NCBI GenBank assembly: GCA_027021705.1
Contig: JALUTT010000085.1
Span: forward strand, 21,526 to 85,525
Length of the DNA stretch: 64,000 nucleotides
Direction of reading: 5' to 3'
Source: Anaerolineae bacterium
GTDB lineage: Bacteria; Chloroflexota; Anaerolineae; S140-20
The notes beneath the pieces were generated by a model. It saw nothing but the letters and a program-made list of their open reading frames with translations, was not told the DNA's origin and made no database searches. Numbering within the stretch: the stretch's first letter is position 1; each line of letters opens with the position of its first letter. The position numbers were made by a program, and so were the translations under genes. This document shows positions 39,903-47,804 of this stretch, one piece after another.

Positions 39903-40565
39903 GGCTTGATGACCGATCATTTGGATGAAGAAGTGGAACACCTGCGCGAACTCCTGCGCACCCATCGGCGCACCTTGATGATCCTGGAAGAGCAGATCGC
40001 CCAGTTCACCGAGATGGAAGCCCCCGTCCACAAGCTCAGCCAGCGGGATCAGGTACGCGCCGAGATCCAGCGCCTGGAGGCCCAGCTGCAAGCTTTGTCG
40101 TCGCAAGGGGGCCGTCAGGCATCGCAGGCATCGAAGGAAAAGCCACCTCGCAAGACTGATTCCACCGGTCGCAACCAGCGCCAACAGCGTTGTGACTCCT
40201 TAGGCGAGTTGATCCGCGACGCTCAGGCCCTGCTCAAAGAGTACGAGGAGCTTCGCCTCCTGGCCGATAATCCCAAGGAAAAGCGTCGGCTGGAACGCCA
40301 GATCGCCGACCTGAAGGCCCAGATGAAGGATTACGAAGCGGAGTATCAAGAGCTACAGTGCCACGAGCTAGAGGGGAGGTAAGGCTTGATGACCGATCAT
40401 TTAGATTTAGAGAAAGAAGTGGAACACCTGCGCGAACGCCTGCGCATCCATCGGCGCACCCTGATGATCCTGGAAAAGCAGATCGCTCAGTTCACCGAGA
40501 TGGAAGCCCCCGTCCATAAGCTCAACCAGCGGGATCAGGTACGCGCCGAGATCCAGCGTCTGGAG
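39759..40565 (+). repeat. Direct duplication of ~320 bp spanning gene junctions (copy 1 ~39759-40079, copy 2 ~40239-40565)
   Basis: Near-identical sequence with period 480 nt (486 after a 6-nt indel), including stop, RBS and start: ...CACGAGCTAGAGGGGAGGTAAGGCTTGATGACCGATCATTT... Confidence 0.95.
39909..40382 (+). CDS. Two-module coiled-coil protein (putative adaptor)
   Basis: N-terminus nearly identical to that of the 40389 ORF; C-terminus nearly identical to that of the 38601 ORF; GGAGG RBS. Confidence 0.75.
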   Translation: MTDHLDEEVEHLRELLRTHRRTLMILEEQIAQFTEMEAPVHKLSQRDQVRAEIQRLEAQLQALSSQGGRQASQASKEKPPRKTDSTGRNQRQQRCDSLGELIRDAQALLKEYEELRLLADNPKEKRRLERQIADLKAQMKDYEAEYQELQCHELEGR

Positions 40566-41669
40566 AAGGAGCTTCGTGCTCTGGAGGCCCAGCAGGTCGT
40601 GGGTGTCAGCCCGCCGCCAGAACCAGAACCTTCACACCCCTCCATCCGCGTCTTCATCAGCGGCACCATCCGAGACCTCCGGGCCGAGCGAGAGGCCGTG
40701 GAACAGGCCCTCCGGCACCTCGATCTGGAAACCCTGCGGGCCGAGACCATCGGCTCCCAGTCGGCCAGCCCCTACGAGGTCAGCCTGATGCTGGCCCAGC
40801 AGTGCGACATCTACCTGGGCCTCTACGGCGGACGCTACGGTACCATCGTGCCCGGCGATGGCCGCTCCATCACCGAGATCGAGTATCAGACCGCCCGCAA
40901 CCAGGGCAAACCGATCCTCATCTACCGCAAGAAGGGGGTAGAGGTAGAGCCGGAACAGGAAGAGTTCCTACAGTTCGTCGGCGACCTGACCGGCGGTCAC
41001 ATCTGGCGGGAGTTCGGCCCCGATGACGTGCCCGACAACCTGATGGCCTGGGTGCAAGAGGACGTGCGGGCGGAGGTTCGGCGTCACCCCGAGTGGGCTC
41101 GGCGTCCCCCGGCCCGGGGCCGCGTCCTCCTGGCCTCCCTGGGCCGCTCGCCCGGGGCCGTCACCGGCCTCTACCATGCCCTGGTCCGCGACGGCAAGCC
41201 GGTCACCCGCGTCGTCACCTTCTCCTCCACCCATCGGGATGTGCGCGACGCGGCCGGCATCTGTAGGCAAGAGTTCCACTGGCTGGGGGTCCCCTACGCC
41301 AACCGTCTCATTGACGCCGAAGACATCGCCAGCGAGGACGATGCCCGCGAGTTCAAGTCCTGCTTCTACGGTCTGCTCCAGGAGAGCCTGGGGAGCGGCG
41401 CTGAGGTCCTGGTGGGCATCACCGGCGGGCGGACGGTGATGGGAGCGCTGATGGCCGTCGTCGTACAGACCACCGCCCCTGGACAGGCCGCCCTCTACCA
41501 CCTGGACGTGGACGACGACATCGAGGAAGACGGTCGCCTGCCCCGGCTGTGGGATTTCGAGGGCACGGAGCGGTGGCGGGAACTCCTGGACCCACCTCCG
41601 GAGAAGTGTCGGCTGGTCCGAGTGCCTTACGTCCGCTTCCCAAGCCAATCCTCCGCCGGCGGCCGATAG
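40389..41669 (+). CDS. Coiled-coil + DUF4062 (TIR/NDT-like) + CARF (Csx14/NE0113-like) fusion protein
   Basis: DUF4062: IRVFISGTIRDLRAEREAV..CDIYLGLYGGRYG..SITEIEYQTA. CARF: VLLASLGRSPGAVT..EDIASEDDA..VGITGGRTVMG..LYHL. Confidence 0.85.
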   Translation: MTDHLDLEKEVEHLRERLRIHRRTLMILEKQIAQFTEMEAPVHKLNQRDQVRAEIQRLEKELRALEAQQVVGVSPPPEPEPSHPSIRVFISGTIRDLRAEREAVEQALRHLDLETLRAETIGSQSASPYEVSLMLAQQCDIYLGLYGGRYGTIVPGDGRSITEIEYQTARNQGKPILIYRKKGVEVEPEQEEFLQFVGDLTGGHIWREFGPDDVPDNLMAWVQEDVRAEVRRHPEWARRPPARGRVLLASLGRSPGAVTGLYHALVRDGKPVTRVVTFSSTHRDVRDAAGICRQEFHWLGVPYANRLIDAEDIASEDDAREFKSCFYGLLQESLGSGAEVLVGITGGRTVMGALMAVVVQTTAPGQAALYHLDVDDDIEEDGRLPRLWDFEGTERWRELLDPPPEKCRLVRVPYVRFPSQSSAGGR

Positions 41670-41691
41670 CCCCCCACCCCGAGGAGCCCCT

Positions 41692-42519
41692 ATGCCCACG
41701 GTCGTCACGGTCCACCTCTCCACGGCAGATCCGCTCTTCTTCGACGAGACCTGGCCCCTGGAGACGCCCTTCCGGCAGCTCCTGGCCGCTGCTCACCCAT
41801 CCCCACCGCCGACCGGGGGGCAACACGACGCCTTCCTGCCCTACACCCTCTCCCCCCTCTGGCGGGTCCACCGCCGGCAGCGCCCCAACCCGGGGAGGGC
41901 AACCCCGACCGCCTACCGATGGCGGATCTGCCTCCTCGACGACGCCCTCGCCCCTCCCCTCCTGGCCGGCCTCCAGGCGATGGAGACGCTGGCGCTGCAG
42001 GGTGCTTCCCTCACCGTCGAGGAGGTGACCGTCGAGGCGCAGAGCTACCCCCAACTCGCCCGCCAGGCCCAGGAGCAGGTCGGTGGCCGGCCCGAGAGCG
42101 CCCGCCGCCTCTCCCTGGAGTTCATCACCCCCGTCGTCCTGCACCGGTCCGGGCTCCCCATGCCCCTGCCGGACCCCCTCCTCGTCTTCCGCCACTACCT
42201 CCTCTGCTGGGACACCTTCGCCCCGCCGGAGCTCCGGGTCAACGTCAACCTCCTCGACGCCGTCGCCTTCCACGTCGCCCTGACGGAGCACCGGCTGGAG
42301 ACCCGGCGCGTCCGGCTGGCGGGGAAGCCCCCCCGAGTCGGCTTCCTGGGGAACGCCACCTACACCGTGATGGCCTGGGAGAAGCTCGGCCCGGACTTCC
42401 TGGCGACGCTGCACGCCCTGGCCCGGTTCGGGGCCTTCTGCGGCACCGGTGAGATGACGGCCCAGGGTCTGGGGCAAACCCGCTACGGGGGGCCTGAGCC
42501 GCCCAGGAGGTCCCGTTGA
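41692..42519 (+). CDS. cas6: CRISPR pre-crRNA endoribonuclease Cas6 (copy 1)
   Basis: PYTLSPL, LEFITP, PLPDP, GFLG and C-terminal Gly loop GTGEMTAQGLG. Confidence 0.85.
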   Translation: MPTVVTVHLSTADPLFFDETWPLETPFRQLLAAAHPSPPPTGGQHDAFLPYTLSPLWRVHRRQRPNPGRATPTAYRWRICLLDDALAPPLLAGLQAMETLALQGASLTVEEVTVEAQSYPQLARQAQEQVGGRPESARRLSLEFITPVVLHRSGLPMPLPDPLLVFRHYLLCWDTFAPPELRVNVNLLDAVAFHVALTEHRLETRRVRLAGKPPRVGFLGNATYTVMAWEKLGPDFLATLHALARFGAFCGTGEMTAQGLGQTRYGGPEPPRRSR

Positions 42520-43505
42520 GCACCCTATCCCTGCCCTCTGACTTCACCCTGGCCCACTACCGCCTCACCCTGGAGGCCCTGGAGCCCCTGCACCTCCCCC
42601 CTTTCAAGGGGAGTGCACTGCGGGGTGGGTTCGGCCACACCTTCAAACAGCTCGTCTGCTCCCAGCCCTGGCCCTGCGCCCAGCGCTGCCAACGGGGCAA
42701 CGCCTGTCCCTACGGCTACATCTTCGAGACCGCCCCGCCGGCGGGGAGCGAGGTGTTGCGCACCTTCCGCGAGGTGCCCCGCCCCTTCGTCATCGAGCCG
42801 CCCCAGGACCGGCGCACCTACATCCCCGCCGGCGATCGGCTCACCTTCGGGCTGACCCTGGTCGGCCAAGCCATCCCCTTTCTGCCCGACTTCGTCGTCG
42901 TCTTCCAAGAGCTGGGCCGCAGGGGGCTGGGCCGCCGGCGGGGGCAGTACCGCCTCCTGGCGGTGGACGCCGTCCTCCCCCACGAGGGGCGGGCCGAGCC
43001 GGTCTACCGGGAGGAGGATGGGGAGGTGCGGTCTGCGGACCTGCCCATCCGCATCCCGGCCATCGTCGCCCACGCCGCCCGGTTCTCTCCCGACCGGCTC
43101 ACCCTCCATTTTGTCACTCCCACCCGGCTCAAGCACGAGGGTCGCTGGGTGCGCCGGGGGCCGCCCTTCCACGTCCTGGTCAAGGCGCTCCTGGGGCGCA
43201 TCTCCTCCCTCAGCTACTTCCACTGCGGCCAGCGTTGGGAGACCGACTTTCGGGGCTGGATTGACCGGGCGCGGGCGGTGCGGCTGGCGAGGGCGGAGAC
43301 TCGCTGGGAGGACTGGGAGCGGTTCTCGGGCCGGCAGCGACGGCGGGTGAAGATGGGCGGACTGGTGGGCCGGGCCACCTACGAGGGCGATCTGGAGCCC
43401 TTCCTGCCGCTGCTGGCCCTGGGCGAACTGGTTCACGTCGGCAAGGGCACCGTCTTCGGGAACGGACAGTACCGGGTCGGGGAGTCCGTAGTCCGCAGTC
43501 CGTAG
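42516..43505 (+). CDS. cas6: CRISPR pre-crRNA endoribonuclease Cas6 (copy 2, Cys-cluster type)
   Basis: FKGSALRGGFG, C..C..C..CPY, VPRPFV, FVTPTRL, WERFSGRQ, HVGKGTVFGNG. Confidence 0.9.
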   Translation: MSTLSLPSDFTLAHYRLTLEALEPLHLPPFKGSALRGGFGHTFKQLVCSQPWPCAQRCQRGNACPYGYIFETAPPAGSEVLRTFREVPRPFVIEPPQDRRTYIPAGDRLTFGLTLVGQAIPFLPDFVVVFQELGRRGLGRRRGQYRLLAVDAVLPHEGRAEPVYREEDGEVRSADLPIRIPAIVAHAARFSPDRLTLHFVTPTRLKHEGRWVRRGPPFHVLVKALLGRISSLSYFHCGQRWETDFRGWIDRARAVRLARAETRWEDWERFSGRQRRRVKMGGLVGRATYEGDLEPFLPLLALGELVHVGKGTVFGNGQYRVGESVVRSP

Positions 43506-43630
43506 TCCGCAGTCCACAGTCTTTTTCACGCCTGGTGCTCTTTGTGGCCTTGGTGCCCTTTGTGTCCTCCGCGCCGCAAAATCGGCGGTCGGCCGTTGGC
43601 GGTCGGCGGTCCGCCGTCGGCGGTCGGCCG
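43485..43630. repeat. Cluster of short tandem repeats (GTCCGYA, 9-mer CTTTGTG-like, GGCGGTC)
   Basis: gtccgtagtccgcagtccgtagtccgcagtccacagtc; ggcggtcggcggtccgccgtcggcggtc. Confidence 0.75.
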
Positions 43631-43679
43631 GCGTTCGGCACCGACCCCCCCGCGCTGAGAAGGCAGACCCCTTCCCCCC

Positions 43680-43730
43680 TCGCTCCCACCTTCTGCGTGG
43701 GAGCGTACTTCGTTCCGACGCCGGAGCGTC
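43680..43730. repeat. REP-like palindrome
   Basis: CGCTCCCACcttctgcGTGGGAGCG hairpin resembling the widespread GTTCCCACGCTCTGCGTGGGAA REP class. Confidence 0.55.
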
Positions 43731-43789
43731 TCCCCATCGTTCCCAGGCCCTCGGAATCCCTGAAACGCTGAAGGGGTGGTGATTACCCG

Positions 43790-43962
43790 CCGGCCAACGA
43801 ATTGCCAACGGATAAACGAATGCGGCCCGTGGCATTCGTTTATTCGTTCCGCCATTCGTTGACCGGATCCCGGGATGTGGGACTAGCCGTCCACGAATGG
43901 GGCACGAATACACGAATGAAGGACCGCCTCATTCGTGCATTGGTGAGAAATTCGTGGACGGC
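43790..43962. repeat. Two long palindromic repeats (ACGAAT-arm family)
   Basis: Hairpins 43790-43866 (CCGGCCAACGAAT...ATTCGTTGACCGG) and 43886-43962 (GCCGTCCACGAAT...ATTCGTGGACGGC). Confidence 0.75.
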
Positions 43963-44262
43963 CTGCTACGGACCACTCTCTCGCTCACTTGTGGGTAATC
44001 ACCAGAGCGCCTGGGTAGCGAATTCGGGGAGTTATGGTATAATATAACAACTTTATTGTTCTTTTAGTCGTTCCACGGGGTCATTGGTGGTCGTCTTGCT
44101 GGCGTGGGAAAGGGCGGACACCTGACGGTGATGGCCAACGGTGCCCGCCGGATACGGCGTTGGTTCCAGACGCTCTGGAGTCGGCTTCCCTGGAGGGAGT
44201 TCATCCTGAATTGGTACCCCCTCAAAGAGTTAGCTGCTCTCTGCAGCGAAAGGAGACATGCT

Positions 44263-47200
44263 ATGCAAACTGGAAGACCCGTACCCCCACCCCGGCGCTC
44301 CGCCGGGGCCCGGCCTTCCGTTGTGCAGCCGGAGAGCCAGGTCTGCGCAGGGCAACACCGACCCGCAGACCCTGTATCCCGGCGTGAGGAAATCCGCTCG
44401 TCGGGATATGGGCGTCTTGCCCGAGGGTTGCTTTGGGCCGCGCTGCTGGCCGTTCCGCTGCTGGTCCTGTTGACCCTTCTGTCCCGCCAGGTCGTGGCCG
44501 AACCGGAGCCCAACGATCTCACCCTGCCCAACACAACCCCCATCACCGACGACATCCTCACCGATACCGTCTGGACGCTGGCGCAAAGCCCCTACCTGGT
44601 GCAGAAAATTCAGGTGAAGATCGCCGCCAGCGCGACGCTCACCGTGGAGCCCGGCGTGGAGGTGCAGTTCGCCCAAAGCACCGGCATGCTCGTGGAGGGC
44701 AACCTGGTGGCCGTGGGCACGGTGACCCAGCCCATCACCTTCACCGGCTCCACCGAGACCCCCGGCTGGTGGGACGGCATCCGGATTCAGGGTGACCTGC
44801 AAGGGGACATCGCCAACCTGAACCGGGGCAGCCGTTTCTCCCATGTGACCATCGCCTACGGCGGCAACAGCTATGCCAACCTGGTGCTGGACGACGCCCA
44901 CGCCACGGTGGAAGCGAGCACCTTCCTGGGCAGTGGGAGGCACGGCATCTACACCCTGGACGAGGGCGTGGTGGACGTGCGGGACAGCCGCTTCATCAGC
45001 AACACCGACTACGCCCTGATGCTGAACATGGGCGCGCTGGACCCGGTGCTCACCGGCCTGCAGGCCACGGGGAACGGCCAGGACGCGGTGGGCCTGTGGG
45101 CTTCGGCCAGCACCGACATGACCGGCGACTACGTCTGGGAGAACCCCGGCATCCCCTACCAGGCCGTGGGGCACGTTATTCTAGAAAAGGGCGCCACTTT
45201 GACCGTAGACCCCGGCGTGGAAGTGCGCTTCGACCAGAACAGATCCTTCATCGTGTACGGCAATCTGCTCGCACTAGGGACAGCCAGCCAACCCATCACC
45301 TTCACCGGTACGACCCAGCAGCCCGGCTGGTGGGATGGACTGCACATCGTCGGCACGCCGGACGAGCGCAACCTGGGCAACGAACTGTCCTACGTCACGC
45401 TCGAATACGCTGGACTGGGCCAGGGCAACCTGGAAGTGGACGATGCCCAGGTGCGCGTGGACCACAGCATCATCCGGCACAGCGCGAATAACGGCATCTA
45501 CGCCGACCGGGGCAGCGTGGTGGCGGTGTGGGCAAGCCAGATCGTGGACAACGCGGACTACGGCGTCTGGAACCACTACAGCAACCCACCGCTTCGCGCC
45601 GAGTACAACTGGTGGGGAGACGCCAGCGGTCCCTGGGAAGCCAGCACGAACCCCAGCGGCGCGGGAGACAAAGTGAACTTCTACGTCTTCTATTCCCCCT
45701 TCCTAACCGCGCCGGATGAAGAGCCGCCAGCCGTTGCACCGGGAAAGGCCGCGGTCATTACCATCGAGCCCGTGCGCTGGTACGTGCCCGCGGACGGCTT
45801 CCCTGGCTGGGTGACCATCACCCTGCGGGACGGCGCGGGCAACCCCATGCCCGGCTACCGGGTCAATCTCGCGACAAATCTCGGCCACGTCACCGACGGC
45901 GGGCTCACCGACGCCTCGGGACGCACCTTCGCCTATGTCACGTCGGACACCCCCGGCGAAGCCGAATTGATCGCCACCCTCGACGGAGCCGCCTACCACG
46001 ACGCACTCCCTGCCACCACCACCATCACCTTCTACGACCCCCTCAGCGGGCTGGCGCCGGACCTGGCCGCCGATGTGGCCGCCCCCTACGCCACCGACGC
46101 CATCGAGATCACGCCCTTGCCCATCGTGCAAGGCATTTCCACCACCATCAGTGTCAACCTCACCAACCCCAACGATTTCCCCATCGTTGTCACCGGCACA
46201 TTCGGTATCGCCCAGTTGGGCATCGGGCTGACCTTTGGACCGCTAGGCGGAATCCAAAGTGTGGAGATTCCCGCCCAGAGCACGCGCACCATCGGCATCA
46301 TCTGGACACCAACAGTCTCCGGGAAATATTGCGTTGACTTCAACTACTCATGGGCGCCCACTTCCCAAGCCGGCCTCGCTTCCCCGTTTTCCACATCCGG
46401 CGGGCACATGAGACGCAATCTCAGCGTCTTCCCCGGCACGCTGGAGCCGCAGCACGGCAAGGAGATCCTGGAAAAGGCCCGACAAGCAACTGAGTTAATA
46501 AGCTATCTGACACCAGCACCCCACCTGATTATTCCTAAGGGGCTATTGCGCAGGGGGTTGGGGTGGATGTTCGATATAGCTGCGGGGATCTCCTGGCAGT
46601 TGGGCGGCGATCCACCCCGGCAGGACTACCGGGCCATCGCCATGCCGCAATGGCTTGAGGTATCCCCGGTGTTGCCGTCGCCGGACGTCTCCCAGGCCCG
46701 GGCTGATGCTGTGAACGCGCTTACCGACGGCATACTGGACATCCAGGCCTACGGGAACGCGGCTCTCATCTCTCTGGACCGGTACGGCGGCGCGGCTGCG
46801 GCCGGCAGTCTGACCTGGAGCGCGCAGCAGGCCTCGGCCGTGATCTACTATCGCGGCAAGGTGGGCCAGGCGATGCTGGACACCGCTGACGCCGTGGACG
46901 ACTTCGCCCAGGTGTTGGAGAACGAAGAGGGCAGTCCCCTCATCATCACGGTGGCCGAGGTGCGGGCCTACCAGGATCGCCTGCGCACCCAGGGATGGAC
47001 GGCGGAGGAGATTCAGGCCGCCCGTGAACTGGGCCTGACAGACGCGCAGATCGAAGCGCTGCGTCAGGATATCTTGGCCCAGGACCCCGTCCAGCTGGCC
47101 GGCGACCTGCTCCAAAAGTTGCGGGAAGCAGCCCAGGCCCTGCGCGAGGCCGGGGCCACCTTAGTGGCGGAGCAGAACTACGCCTCCCCTGCCGGCCTGA

Positions 47201-47577
47201 AGAGCAGCGACACCTCGGCCACGCCGAACAACCTGGTTCAGGTCTACCGCACCCAGGTGCCGATCCGGGTCGGCAACCCGGCGACCGTCACCGACACCAT
47301 CAGCCTGAAGACGCGGCCGTTGGGCCTGCCGCTGGATTGGAGCGTGTCCGTCTCGCCGGCATCGGTCACGCTGGGCCCGGGTGAGGCGATCACCGCCACC
47401 GTCACCATCGTGCCCGGCGGCCCCACCGCCCAGGGAACCGTGCCTCGGGTGGCCGTGGAGGGCTTCAACTCCTCCGACGAGCTCATCGGCGGCGTGGTGG
47501 TGGATGTGGTCGCGCCGGCCCAGGGCAATTTCGACGGTCAGTTGCACGTCTACCTGCCGGTCGTGCAGGGGCCCTAG
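44263..47577 (+). CDS. Large exported/surface protein with parallel beta-helix repeats, Ig-like (Big_1) domain and C-terminal VYLPVV tail
   Basis: AAGGAG RBS before the ATG at 44263; TM/signal segment; duplicated LTV.PGVEV.F...PITFTG...PGWWDG unit; NWWGDASGP; TITLRDGAGNP..TDASG; TGgTATAAT near 44035. Confidence 0.8.
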   Translation: MQTGRPVPPPRRSAGARPSVVQPESQVCAGQHRPADPVSRREEIRSSGYGRLARGLLWAALLAVPLLVLLTLLSRQVVAEPEPNDLTLPNTTPITDDILTDTVWTLAQSPYLVQKIQVKIAASATLTVEPGVEVQFAQSTGMLVEGNLVAVGTVTQPITFTGSTETPGWWDGIRIQGDLQGDIANLNRGSRFSHVTIAYGGNSYANLVLDDAHATVEASTFLGSGRHGIYTLDEGVVDVRDSRFISNTDYALMLNMGALDPVLTGLQATGNGQDAVGLWASASTDMTGDYVWENPGIPYQAVGHVILEKGATLTVDPGVEVRFDQNRSFIVYGNLLALGTASQPITFTGTTQQPGWWDGLHIVGTPDERNLGNELSYVTLEYAGLGQGNLEVDDAQVRVDHSIIRHSANNGIYADRGSVVAVWASQIVDNADYGVWNHYSNPPLRAEYNWWGDASGPWEASTNPSGAGDKVNFYVFYSPFLTAPDEEPPAVAPGKAAVITIEPVRWYVPADGFPGWVTITLRDGAGNPMPGYRVNLATNLGHVTDGGLTDASGRTFAYVTSDTPGEAELIATLDGAAYHDALPATTTITFYDPLSGLAPDLAADVAAPYATDAIEITPLPIVQGISTTISVNLTNPNDFPIVVTGTFGIAQLGIGLTFGPLGGIQSVEIPAQSTRTIGIIWTPTVSGKYCVDFNYSWAPTSQAGLASPFSTSGGHMRRNLSVFPGTLEPQHGKEILEKARQATELISYLTPAPHLIIPKGLLRRGLGWMFDIAAGISWQLGGDPPRQDYRAIAMPQWLEVSPVLPSPDVSQARADAVNALTDGILDIQAYGNAALISLDRYGGAAAAGSLTWSAQQASAVIYYRGKVGQAMLDTADAVDDFAQVLENEEGSPLIITVAEVRAYQDRLRTQGWTAEEIQAARELGLTDAQIEALRQDILAQDPVQLAGDLLQKLREAAQALREAGATLVAEQNYASPAGLKSSDTSATPNNLVQVYRTQVPIRVGNPATVTDTISLKTRPLGLPLDWSVSVSPASVTLGPGEAITATVTIVPGGPTAQGTVPRVAVEGFNSSDELIGGVVVDVVAPAQGNFDGQLHVYLPVVQGP

Positions 47578-47804
47578 CGGCTTCGGCTCATCCCAGGCTG
47601 GTCCGGCCGTTGGCCTTCGGTCGCCGACGGCCGGACTCAGCCGCCTCATCGCTTACCCCTCCTCTAAAGCCTATTGCTCTGGGGAGAGCAGGCAGCCGCT
47701 CTCCCCGGGGTTCTACCCGACGGCAGACGAGGGAACGGTCTCAACCTCGGATTCGGCGGTCGGCGGTCCGCCGTCGGCGGTCTGCCGGCCGTCGGCCCGT
47801 GACA

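Noticed and set aside
39759..40565. Duplication as a DGR template/variable repeat pair for the RT
   Set aside because: Differences are not adenine-specific (C/T changes and an indel occur), both copies are coding and span gene junctions, and the RT has QG rather than the DGR-type SQ at the RT4 signature position.
43506..44100. Expected CRISPR array downstream of cas6
   Set aside because: Only simple repeats and inverted repeats; no 25-40-bp direct repeats with regular unique spacers.
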